Below are positions 1 to 11,324 of a stretch of 64,000 nucleotides of DNA, piece by piece. Below the pieces are notes generated by a model that was not told the origin of the DNA, ran no database searches, and worked only from the letters and a program-made list of their open reading frames with translations. This DNA comes from Podarcis pityusensis (lineage: Eukaryota): assembly GCA_964106645.2 (NCBI GenBank), contig OZ067038.1. One strand, given 5' to 3'. Both the position numbers and the translations under genes were made by a program. Each line of letters begins with the position of its first letter. Position 1 is the stretch's first letter.

Positions 1-350
1 ACAGAATGCAGGACTAAGATGGGCCATTGGCCTCATCCAGCAGGCTCTTCTTATGTTCTTACATCCCCACTTCCTGACCTCAAATAAGTAAGCCTGGGAT
101 GTATGTTATTTTATTTGTCTATCTCATTTGCATGCCACCCTTGCTCCAGGGAGCTCACAATAGCATCCCTGGGGTGATCCCATTTTATGTGCACTACAGG
201 TAGGTTAGTCTAAATGCTAATTACTTGCTCAACAGATTCCAGGAAGCTGCACAGCAAAGCAAAGTAAGGATTTCTAGTCCAGCACTATATGCATGATAAC
301 ACATTGATAGCAGTGCAATCCTATGCAATGATAATGATGATGATGATGAT

Positions 351-387
<37 letters not shown>

Positions 388-1023
388 CATTCTTATTCAG
401 AAGTCCCTGTAATTTCAAAAGGGCTTACTCTCTAAAAGCGAGTATACACTCAGCAAGCGAAAATTCTATTAAAATAATAATTGTACATAAGATTGCAGCT
501 TAGGAACTGCATCACTAAGCAGCAACCTTAAAACTTATCAGAGGGTGAGCGCCATTCATCAATAAGACAAGGTGAAGCCATTTGCCTCAGGTAGCAGATC
601 CGACCCTTGCCCTACCTTCTCCCCACCCCAGCCACTGAGCTGCTGCCAACCTCCCCCCCCCGTAGGCTTCACTCGTACCACTGCACCCTTGTCACTGCAT
701 TGTGGCGGCATTGTGGCACAGGCACCTGTGCAGTTTCACTGGCAGGGCTGGTGGCAGAACAGGTGCAACAGCTGGGCAAGGAGGCTTGGTTCTGTGGGGT
801 GTGGCATCAGGGCATTTTGCCTACAGCAGCAAAACATCTCAGGCTGGTTCCACTGGACACAGTGGAAATAACTTCCAAGTAAGCATATCCAAGATATGTC
901 CTGTGAATTGCCATTTTAGGTTTTTCTTTCAACTCATTTTCTATTCTTTTAATCTGCTGCGAGCACCAGAAATTTGAAGACCACTTCTTCCAAACACAGT
1001 CTTTCGTTTGTTAAAACCAGAGG

Positions 1024-1539
1024 TGTGGTGGCCCAGTCGTCACAGGGGATCAAAGACTCAGCAAGGTCCCTGTCTCTAGCACCCTAGAACCACCCAGTCA
1101 GCATGAAAGTGGATCTTTCCAGCCACTGAGAAGGAGCCGTCTGCCCCTTTGTGCTGATTCAAGCCAATCAGAGTGAAAGGTGAGTCAGCCACTGAGGACT
1201 GGCTCCTGTTAGGATTTTTATCTCTCTGAGCTGCTCCAGCAAGTGGTACTGTTGTACTATGTTTTGTGTACATCATGTGAGTGTCTGAGTGAGCATGAGA
1301 CAGGAAGTCTGAGGACTGTTGGAAGTTAGTTTCACTTCTGAAAGTGTTGCTGTTCTGTACTGATGCTGAAAGAGCACAGACGTGCTGATGGAGTCTTTGT
1401 ATATAGACTGTAAATAAAGTAGTTTTAGAGCTACTGATTGAGTCTTTCTTCTGCAATGATACACCAGAAGACGAGTGTGCTCCTCTCAGGAGAGAGGAGT
1501 CGCTTATCACCGGTCTCTCTGGACTGAGGGAGATTTACA
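1024..1539 (+). mobile_element. Possible solo LTR (unclassified)
   Basis: Starts TGTGG and ends ATTTACA; AATAAA near 1413; ~500 bp non-coding. No convincing TSD found. Confidence 0.3.
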
Positions 1540-1954
1540 GCCAGGGAGGACCACTGGAGAGACGCCCCGAAGACTTGGGAAGTTGGGGGCCTTCCCAGGC
1601 GTGTTTCCAACAGCTCCTTGGGTCACTCTTGAGAAGGCACATGGGAAGAACATCATGCAGTTGTTGTTCTGGATGCTCCAAAGCTAAGCATTTGGGAACA
1701 CTGAAAACAAAGGGTGTTCCAAGTTCTGTTATGTAAGATGGAACTGCAAGGAAAACGCCATTCGCTCTGAAAGAAGAGACTGGAGCTCTCCAAATCATTT
1801 GCCTATGCATACGCGCACACACAAAAAGTAGCACATGCATCCTTAATTGCTCTTATTGTATAATTATAAGATTACTGTATAATCTTAGTGGATTATAAAG
1901 TCTTATAAGGAAGCATAGCAGTGAGAGGGGCGTGGCTGTGATTTGTATGAATGG

Positions 1955-2455
1955 ATCAGGGACTGGCTAGATGAGGGGGAATGGTGGGAGGCTACAGCCA
2001 GGGAACCCACCCCACAGGGAAGCATCAGAGTGGGAAGGCTCCGAGTCAGGAGGATGGTGGTGGGATTCAGAAGATAAGTCAGAGGAAGAAAGTGGGCAGA
2101 CAAGTTGGAGGCTGAGCAAGCAATAGGTTTAATTGAGAGTGAGACAGCTGAGGAGGAGGAGGCTGAGGCAGCAACAGATCCCCAGCAATCTGCCACTTCC
2201 ACAGTTTCCCCCTCCCCTCCTCCTCTGTCCTGAAGAATGAGGAGGCCATTGCATGTAGCATAAGAAAAGGCACAGACAGCCCCTCCATGAAGGAGTTTGC
2301 TACTATGGGGAAGGCAGATCGCTGGAGGCTCAGATCCACAGTTCTGGCAACTGCTTCATTCTGCCCACCAAGTTCTCTGCTGTGTTTTGTCTCTCTGAAT
2401 AAAGAATCAACCTTACTGCTCACTTTTGAATTTCTGTGCTGAACCAGCCCTGACA
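1955..2455 (+). mobile_element. Solo LTR, Gypsy-like (TGTCAG...CTGACA family), decayed 5' end
   Basis: Ends CCCTGACA with AATAAA at ~2398. The start TCAGGGACTGGCTAGATGAGGGGGAATGGTGG resembles the 5' end of the 19927-20343 LTR on the minus strand. Confidence 0.55.
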
Positions 2456-3276
2456 CTGCACTTCTAAATTTGCTACTGCACTACTGGTTAAAACACCATG
2501 AAAATTGCTGTATCAATCTCTGTATTTACAGATAGATCTTTTTAAACAAGCTCTGGACAACTCAGCAGATGATCATGTGATATGTTTGTTTTTTGAAAAA
2601 CACTCTCAACAATTGGGTTATCAACACACAAGTGTTAAATGGAAATGCATTGCTTAAATGACCACTTTGTGTGTCTCCTCTAGTTTTCAAATGTAGAGTG
2701 GCTCTGCAGGAGCAAGGGATGTGTGGATTTGTGACTGACACCTGATGGTTATACTAGATAATGATTGCAGCAGACATTCGTGTATAGCAGGAGAGCGTTG
2801 CTCCCACATGCCCTGTCTATACTGCTGAAGGCAGCCTGCCAATGGACTAAGTTCCAAAATCTCATAAGCCTGACAGAACATCTCACCAGCCACGTGGAAC
2901 TGCTGTTTTATAACCCATCCAGGCATGTGATTTCTTCACCTTATCGCCAGATGATTCACCCACAGAGGCAAGAAATCCTCAGCAGGATGCTGATTGTACA
3001 GGGCATTCTGTGACTTCCCTGACACAGTTACTGCAAGTGGGATTAGTCCTTCTACAGGAGCCTCCCTGATCTTAAATAGCTATACATAACGGGCTGGGCT
3101 ATGGGTTATTTTAGGCAGGAATTTGGGTTGATAAGGAGCAAGTTGCTGGAAAATTCTTGCTGATTCTGCAGTTTAATCGAAGCATCCTAGAGGGATGCTT
3201 GTTTTTGCTTGTTTGCTTGTTTTTGTAGAGCATCCTGTTTCCTGGGGTTAATTTCTGTTCAGGTTGGAAAAGATGA

Positions 3277-3358
3277 CAGGGCTCCTGCACCTTTAATAGT
3301 TGTGTAGAAGATGAAATTTCACCAAGTGCAGTTTATTATTAAAGGTGCAGGAGCCCTG
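3277..3358. repeat. Perfect 22-bp inverted repeat (palindromic MITE core)
   Basis: CAGGGCTCCTGCACCTTTAATA (3277-3298) and its exact reverse complement (3337-3358), with a 38-nt spacer. Confidence 0.8.
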
Positions 3359-3633
3359 CACTCACCTGCTCATTTTATTTCTGTTTTACATGAAATGAAT
3401 AGGGTCCATTTTAAGACTCACTATCAAGAGCGTGCGTGCGTGCATGCATACATGCGCACACACACACACACAGGAACAGCAGATGTTTCTGGGAAGCAGA
3501 CAACCAGGACATTGAATTATCCATCGCTTGTTCTTTCATCCCAGCATCTGATCACCAGGGATATGCTGCCATGAACATGGAGGCTCCATGTCTCAATCAT
3601 CACCAATAACCTGTTAATAAGCCTTTTAAGCCT

Positions 3634-3774
3634 GGATAGCTCAGCTGGCTAAAACATGGTGCTGATAATACCAAGGTTGCAGGTTTGATCCCCATATGGG
3701 GCAGCTGCACATTCCTGCATTGTAGGGGGTTGGACTAGATGATCCTCAGGATCCCTTCCAACTCTATGATTCTA
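3634..3774 (+). mobile_element. tRNA-Ile-headed SINE with CR1-like tail (Squam3-like)
   Basis: Head TAGCTCAGCTGGCTAAAACATGGTGCTGATAATACCAAGGTTGCAGGTTTGATCCCC (A and B boxes, tRNA-Ile-like); tail GGTTGGACTAGATGATCCTCAGGATCCCTTCCAACTCTATGATTCTA. Confidence 0.8.
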
Positions 3775-4399
3775 AGCGATCTGGTTTTTTTATTTTAAAA
3801 AAACCCATTGCACAGTCAAAATATAGCAAGCAGAGATGAAGGAGATCTCTACTAAATGGGTGGGTCATTAGGTCTTTCTAGATTGTTGGCACTGCACAAA
3901 ACATTTCCTCCCCTACCCCATTCCAACATTCCATAACATACATTTGTGAAAAAGCTGGCAAATATTAAAGGACCATAACTGCAATATATCAGTTTGTGGC
4001 TTGAGAAATGTCTGCTTGTTTATATTAGTACTGTACAGTATATGAAACCAAAGTAACAAACTTTCAAGGAAGCAGGGTTGTTGTTGATTTGTCCTCCTGC
4101 TACTAGGATCTGTTCAGTTAATTTACTCATAATTGCAAAGTCCCATAGCTGACAGAGAGAGTAGGGACCTTAGATAACCTCCATAACTAGGCAAGACATA
4201 GCTTAGTGGCAGCAAGTAGGCATTTAATTACTACTTCATAAGTAGGAAAGGTATCTCCTGCCAACCACTATTAAGGAGAATAAAAAGCACCTGTTTCATT
4301 TATTTAAAACATGTCTATACTATTTGGATTTAAGGGCAGCATACAACCAATTTATATCACGATATAAATAATAGAGCAGACAAAATCCTTGAAAATGAA

Positions 4400-4560
4400 A
4401 GTAGGATTTACAACATATTAGAATGCCTGGGTAAATGCAAATAGTTTTCCTGAGGTCAAAATGTTTCGCAGGTATCATGTGAGACTGTTAAGGGAGGGCA
4501 TTCCATAACTGAGGTGCCACTACTCAGAAAGCTCTCTCCCTTGTTCCTGAATACAGCACC
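4400..4560 (-). mobile_element. Old L2 LINE 3' fragment
   Basis: GGGAGGGCATTCCATAACTGAGGTGCCACTACTCAGAAAGCTCT resembles the L2 segment at 6475-6525. Confidence 0.5.
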
Positions 4561-5347
4561 TCTATTAATGGAAGCACTCAGGGGATCTCAGTAGAAGTTA
4601 TGGGCCCATTGCAATGGGAAGAAATGCTCCTTCTTGAATCTACATCCCAAACTATCTATGGCTTTATTAAAGATAATGATGGACACTTTGCATTGATGCA
4701 GAGCTATAATAATAAGAATAATAATAATAATAACAACAACAACAACAACATTTACACCCCGCACATCAGGCTAGGTTTCCCCAGCCACTACGGGCAGCTT
4801 ACAATGCATACAAAAACAAAGTAAAATGTCAAACATTAAAAAACTTCCTGATACACCAGTTATAAAATTGGTGTACCAGGTATACCAAACCTGGCAGTTC
4901 CAGTCATAACTATGACCTCTGCATTCTTCCCCAACTGAAGCTTCCAGTTTGTCTCCAAAGGCAGTGCCATGAATAACCCACTCCAGCAATCCAACTGGAG
5001 GACCAAAACAAACACCACTGTGGCCAGACTATCCCTGTCCAAAGATCAATTGATTCTATGAATTCATTACAGTCAATAAACCAAAAATAAAAAGCATACA
5101 GTACACAATCTCATCACAAAAGAGATTGAAAAGTTTAACATAAAAAGCTATCACATAGAACTATAATAAAATCATCATCATCATCTTCATTGAATATGAT
5201 GCCCCTATTTTCATTGGAGAAATGTTGGAGGGTATGTAGACCTACTGAAATCAATAAACATTATTAAGTCACGGCCAATAATTTCAATCGGTGGTCTACT
5301 CTGAGTAAAAACTTAGTTGAAGGCCACCCTCTGCCAAAGGGTGATTT

Positions 5348-5445
5348 CATGCATCTGACAAAATGAGCTCTGCCAGAATAAAGGCACCACACAATACTCT
5401 GTTGTTTTTTCTGCAACTGACTAACATGGTTACCCCTCTGGAATA
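5348..5445 (+). mobile_element. Penelope-like element terminal repeat relic with broken hammerhead core
   Basis: GCATCTGACAAAATGAGCTCTGCCAGAATAAA...GCAACTGACTAACATGGTTACCCCTCTGGAA resembles the sauropsid Penelope terminus as I recall it; the GAAA core segment is missing. Confidence 0.55.
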
Positions 5446-6172
5446 ACCTAATCAGACTGTCGTTTCCAAAACAACCGCCCCTTTCTTTTTCAGTTCTTAG
5501 CAGTAGGCAGAAAACACCTGAGCTCCGCTTCTGTTAACCAATGAGTTTGTAAGAGAGATGCAAGATGAGTTACAGGCCCGTTAATTCAAAGCAACACACA
5601 ACTTAATGAGCGACACTGAAAGAGCCTGCAAAGGGCAAGTCCTTCAGAAGCCGTTCTGCACACGGGTTTAATGGGCTGCCCTGCTAAGACAATGAATAGC
5701 GGTTGCAAAGGAGCCTGGAATGAAACAGCACTTAGCATGCTTGCAGCCCCCACCCCACCCCACTTCTTCTTAGTAATCAATTTGATGTGGTGAGAAGCCA
5801 AAGATCAAACCTTCTCTCTCAGGGAGAGTACCATATGGCAGGACAGGAAGTAAGCTCCTTGTGCTCCAAAACTTGCTTGCTCTCCCTCTCCCAATTCTGC
5901 AAGCAACAGCAATTGCTAAAACATTTAATCTCTGCAGTATATTAATTCAATTTGCCTGGCTCAACCAAGAGAAGGCTGCCAAATGCGATTATCTTTGTCA
6001 TGGCGAGTGGCAGGTTACAAAGCAAACGGCGGACTCGAACTGCAAACTATTAAATCCACCGAATATTTGCATTCTGAAAGGACGGTGTACTGTGTCTTAA
6101 AGAAACAAGACTCCAGAAATGCTCTTTTGCTCTGACTATAAACATTCTTTGTGTAAAAGTCAAGATTAGCGA

Positions 6173-6203
<31 letters not shown>

Positions 6204-7192
6204 TTTATTTATATCCCGCCCTCCCCAGCCAAAGCCAGGCTCAGGGCGGCTAACAACAAACAAATAATCAAACAATCAAATAATCCAACATTCTAAAACA
6301 TTTCATTATAAAAATTAATTAAAATCAAATTAATGGCAACCGTTAAGCAAAGTTCTGTGCAGGTTGCCAGAGGAGGGAGTCAGGCTGGGCCCTGACCAAA
6401 GGCCTGGTGGAACAACTCTGTCTTGCAGGCCTTGCGGAAAGATGTCAGGTCCCGCAGGGCCCTAGTCTCTTGTGACAGAGCGTTCCACCAGATTGGAGCC
6501 GCAGCCGAGAAGGCCCTGGCTCTAGTTGAGGCCAGCCTAACCTCTCTGAGGCCTGGGACCTTCAGGATGTTTTTATTTGCAGACCGTAGGTTCCTCTGTG
6601 GGGCATACCAGGAGAGGCGGTCCTGTAGGTACGAGGGTCCTAGGCCGCATAGGGCTTTAAAGGTTAAAACCAGCACCTTAAACCTGATCCTGTACTCCAC
6701 CGGGAGCCAGTGCAGCTGGTATAGTACCGGATGAATGTGATCTCGCAGCGAAGACCCCATAAGGAGTCTCGCTGCGGCATTCTGCACCCGCTGGAGTTTC
6801 TGGGTCAGTCTCAAGGGCAGCCCCACGTAGAGCGAGTTACAATAATCCAGTCTGGAGGTGACCGTCGCGTGGATCACAGTGGCTAGGTCAGGGCGAGAGA
6901 GATAAGGGGCCAACTGCTTAGCTTGGCGGAGATGAAAAAATGCCGCCTTTGTTATAGCTGTAATCTGCGCCTCCATAGAGAGGGAGGTATCGAAGATTAT
7001 ACCCAAACTCTTAACGGACGGTGCTGGCACTAATTGCACCCCCGCAAGAGATGGGAGTTGCCCCCCCAATCCCATATCGTCCCGTCCCAGCCAGAGGACC
7101 TCTGTCTTCGAAGGATTTAACTTCAACCGGCTTCCACGTAACCATCCAGCCACAGCTTCCAAACATCTGGTCAGTGTGTCTGGGGCCGAGTC
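6173..7192 (-). mobile_element. 5'-truncated L2 LINE, young copy with open RT C-terminal frame
   Basis: ORF 6380-7162 (260 aa) has L2 motifs LKLNPSKTE, SRLDYCNSLY, KLQRVQNAAARL and LHWLPV; 3' UTR with a (TAA)n/(TTA)n tail at 6173-6201. Confidence 0.93.
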
Positions 7193-7406
7193 AGCACTAA
7201 TGCAGCACTAATTCATTTGGATTTTTGTTTAATTCACTTAAAAGGTAGTTCAGTACTATTAACCCTATTTTACAGATGGAGGCACTGAGCTGGAGAGAAA
7301 GTAGCTTGGGTCACCTCCAGACCGTCAATATTTTTCAGGAGGGATTCAACCACATTGTGGAAAGTTAGGTTTGTGCAATTAAAGTGGATTAAAGTGCTCT
7401 ATCGCC

Positions 7407-7409
<3 letters not shown>

Positions 7410-7456
<47 letters not shown>
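7410..7456. repeat. (CT)n(CA)n microsatellite
   Basis: Directly visible. Confidence 0.95.
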
Positions 7457-7457
<1 letters not shown>

Positions 7458-7620
7458 CTATTTTTAAAAAATAAAATTAAAAACCTTACTTTTTTGCTGT
7501 TAGGAAGGTGACAGGAAAATACACTGAAAAGTATGGTATGATTAACAGATGATTAACAGGAAGATGCAGAAACACCCAGCAAGCAAATCAGGATGAAAGC
7601 TCATTGTTGTATTAAAAAAA

Positions 7621-7961
7621 AAAGGTAAAGGACCCCTGACAGTTAAGTCCAGTCGCAAACGACTCTGGGGTTGCTGTGCTCATCTTGCTTTACTGGCTGA
7701 GGGAGCCGAATTTTGTCCACAGACAGTTTTTACAAGTCATGTGGCCAGCATGACTAAGCTGCTTCTGGCAAAACCAGAGCAGCGCACAGAAACGCCATCT
7801 ACCTTCCCGCCTCATCAGTACCTATTTATCTACTTGCACTTTGACATGCTTTTGAACTGCTAGGTTGGCAGGAGCTGGGACCGAGCAATGGAGCTCACCC
7901 CGTCGCAGGGATTCAAACCGCCGACCTTCTGATCGGCAAGCCCAAGGCTCAGTGGTTTAGA
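7621..7961 (-). mobile_element. Sauria (POM/Squam1-type) SINE, head slightly truncated
   Basis: AAAGGTAAAGGACCCCTGAC...GGGATTCAAACCGCCGACC...; on the minus strand it has an (ACCTTT)n tail and a tRNA-like B box. Confidence 0.9.
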
Positions 7962-8518
7962 CTGTATACAAATCAACAAACGATTGCTCAGTAAAATGTA
8001 ACCTCAATGTACGCTTTGTGCAAACCCTTCAGGATGTCACACTCCCTTCCTAAAAAAACATGACAGTGACTTTTATTTGTAAGGAAGGAAGAGATCTTTA
8101 TTCAGACTTATAGGGGTACAGACTCAGTAGCAAGCTAAGTCCAGGAGTCACAATTCCCAGGTATAAGAGCAAGGTAAGAGGTTCATAACTGAATGGAAGC
8201 TACAAAGATGTCCCACCAGTTGACCTGCTCCTCTCACTAAGCTTCTAGAGATGAGGTGGGGCAAGCTCACTCCTTGCGACTCTTTGGCCCAATGCACACA
8301 CATGCTCCATTGGGGGGAGGTGTGTCTGATCCTACCTATAAAGAAGGCACCTGGTTCTCAGTGACAAGGCTGTGTCATTCTCCTCAGCCTCCGTGTTTCC
8401 TCCTGTTCTAGGCGTCTTTCCTTTGTGAGCCAGTTTAATGTACTTTACGGCGCTTCTTTTAAAAGGGAGCGTAACTCTTTCTGTGACTCAGCACTGTGAA
8501 AAGATTCTCAGTTATATA

Positions 8519-8741
8519 CAGTGGTACCTCGGGTTAAATACTTAATTCATTCTGGAGGTCCGTTCTTAACCTGAAACTGTTCTTAACCTGAAGCACTTTA
8601 GCTGCTGCTGCGCCGCCGAAGCCCGATTTCTGTTCTTATCCTGAAGCAAAGTTCTTAACCTGAAGCACTATTTCTGGGCTAGCAGAGTGTGTAACCTGAA
8701 GCGTATGTAACCGGAAGCGTATGTAACCCGAGGTACCACTG
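8519..8741. mobile_element. Tigger/pogo-like (Tc1/mariner) MITE
   Basis: TIRs CAGTGGTACCTCGGGTTA...TAACCCGAGGTACCACTG flanked by TA; a second copy lies at 29817-30047. Confidence 0.9.
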
Positions 8742-9039
8742 TACTGGAAAAGATTCTCAGTTATATACCCTCTACCTCCACCCTCAAAACCCTGTTACCC
8801 ACAAGCACTCCTGAAACAGTTCTTTGAAACTCTCCACTGTGGCTGGAATGGCTAGAATGTTGGAGTGAAATGAAGACAGCTGGTTTATTCAAAACCTATG
8901 AGCTGATTTGTGCTCCAGCCCTGTTAAAACAAAAACAAAAGTACCCTTTCCTTCTATTGTGTTTTGTTGTGTTTTCAATATATTGCTGTGCTACGGGACA
9001 AAGCAGCTCCTGGGAAGATTGCAGAAATTCCCAACAGAC

Positions 9040-9665
9040 GACTGAGAGTGAAATTTTGTTTTCCGTATAAGTGTACTTGCTTCCACAAGACTACATGGCA
9101 CATATTCCTGAGAGACTGAAGAGGGTCAAATATATACACTCTAGGAAAGAACCGATCCAATGGGAAATGGCCACCATTTCTAAATATTATCTATGTAACC
9201 ATGCAGAAAGAGACAAGGGATTATTTGGGAGTCTCAAAAGAAAGCGGCACTTGAGAGTTAAATTTTGTTTCCATATGAGTGTGCTTGCTTCCACAGGATC
9301 ACATTCCTGGGAGACTGAAGGGGGTCAAATATATATCGTCTAGGAAGGAAGAGGTCCACTGGGCATTTCCAAATATTACCTATGTAACCATGCAGAAGAA
9401 CACAGGGAATTACTTGGAAATCTCAGAAGAGAATGGAAACTGAGGGCGAAATTTTGATAGCAACTGAGAATGAAATTTTGTTTCTGCACATGTGTGCTTG
9501 TTTCTATAGCAAGCAGTGCCTGGCACATGCCCCTGAGAGACAGAAAGGTGCCAAATAGATAAACTTCAGGAAAGAAGAGACCTAGTGCAGCACAGGCACC
9601 ATTTATGAATATTGTCTATGTAACCATGCAGAAGAAGACAGAAAATTATTCAGAAGACTTGGAAG
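9040..9665. repeat. Three diverged tandem copies of a ~190-235-bp unit
   Basis: Invariant CTATGTAACCATGCAGAA at 9191, 9380 and 9616; shared AAATTTTG, CCTG(A/G)GAGAC and CAAATA blocks. Confidence 0.85.
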
Positions 9666-9666
9666 A

Positions 9667-10178
9667 TGGCAGGGGTTCTGTGCCTCCCGAGAGACAGGAA
9701 CCAGAGCTGGAGGATGGGGAGGGGTCTGAGCAGTCAGAGACAAGGGAGGAGGTGCAGGACGTAGGACAGGAGCTGGAGCTGCAAGAAGGCCATGTCGCAC
9801 CAGGAGCTGAGAGATGGTGCCTGAAGGGAGGGGGCAGCAGGATCCCTTCTGTCCTCTCCCCCACTGTCCCCTAGAAACAGGAGAGGCTTGAAAAGGCAGG
9901 CACAGTGACAACTTGCATGTAGAAGTTGCAGGAAGCTTGCACTCACACCGTCAGATGAGGGTGTAGGCGTGGCCACCCATTGCTCCAACCATCCATTGCT
10001 CCAGCACAAGCCCAGGGAGGGGCATCAGTTGCCTAGCCACCAGAAGTGAAAGAGAGTGTATGTGTGTGTGCACGCGCACATTTAGTGCACCTCAGGAGCT
10101 ACTGTAAGTTCATACTTTGTCAATAAAGAATTAAACCATGGGGCAGCTGTCCTGCTTGGGCTGAGCATGCTCAGGACA
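9667..10178 (+). mobile_element. Solo LTR-like element (Gypsy-like, purine-rich)
   Basis: Begins TGGCAGGGG, ends TCAGGACA, AATAAA near 10122; same purine-rich architecture as the LTRs at 1955 and 19927. No TSD seen. Confidence 0.45.
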
Positions 10179-10813
10179 AGCACAAATAATATTTAATAGG
10201 GGGGCAAGGAACCTCAAAGGGCAGGGAGAAACTCAAAACCCAAGGTCAACTAACCAAGCTCTTTGGTCAGAGAGTGCTGATGGCGAAATGGAAAACCATG
10301 GAGGAATGGGGACCAGAATGAAGCGTAACTGAAGAAGATATGGCTGGCTGACTAGAAACCTAAACAGGAGCACTCCATAACATTTTTTTTTTTTGTTATA
10401 AGTCCCACCTGTAAAATTCTATAGTAATATTAAAAAATAAATAATTATATAAATATTATGATTCTTCTAATCTCAAGAAAGTCCCAAGGAGATTACATCC
10501 AAAAAGAATGAGTCCGAGACAACAAGCTGCTGAAACAGTAAGAAGGAGTCAATACATTTTTATTGATATCATTGTATCAGGTGTGATTTCCAACTACTCC
10601 ACTCCAATAACAGAAGTCGTTTGGAAATATTCCTTTGGGTGCATATGACATGAATGTGCCATTGCTCCAAGCTGCAGGATCCGACAGACTTCAGGATGCA
10701 GGGCATGGGATCACCCTTGAAGAAGCCACAGAGGTTATTTCTCTAAGTGGAAGACTATTGATCCAGTTGGCATCCACAGTGATCAGGGATGACTGCAAAG
10801 AGCTCCTGTGGAT

Positions 10814-11161
10814 TACGGATGGGGGAGGAATTCAATTCAGTTTGCATCTAAAGGTGAATCTACCAAATTTGCACTTCCCCAAACAGTATCAGAACTGAAG
10901 CACAGCCATAGTTTGAAATGCACACTTTTCTGAATTTCGCCAGGTGGTTCTCCAACCAACCAAAAATGTTTTCATAAACACATATATCAGGGCAAAGTGT
11001 GAATAAAAATTGAATACATCTGTGAAAATAACACACAAAAATGTATTATATTGGAGGTAACTGCTTTGCAAAAAATGTGTACGTTTGTAAAAACTGCATA
11101 CAAAAATGTGTTTGTTAGGAGAAATCTGCACCAAAATGAAGATGAATTTTCATTAGGATTT

Positions 11162-11203
<42 letters not shown>

Positions 11204-11324
11204 GATAGATAGATAGATAGATGTAGAAAAAATGCAGATTCCTGAAGAAATGCAGAGAACTGAATTTAAGATTAGGAAAATGTGAAACCAAGAGAACATA
11301 AAATGACAGTCCCTTCCATTCCTA
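10814..11324. mobile_element. Non-autonomous hAT DNA transposon containing a (GATA)n microsatellite
   Basis: Termini TACGGATG...CATTCCTA; exact 8-bp TSD CTGTGGAT (10806-10813 and 11325-11332); homologous copy at 49626-50042. Confidence 0.85.

Noticed and set aside
9040-9665. CRISPR-like repeat/spacer appearance
   Set aside because: Vertebrate DNA; the intervening segments are ~200 bp and homologous to each other; no cas genes.
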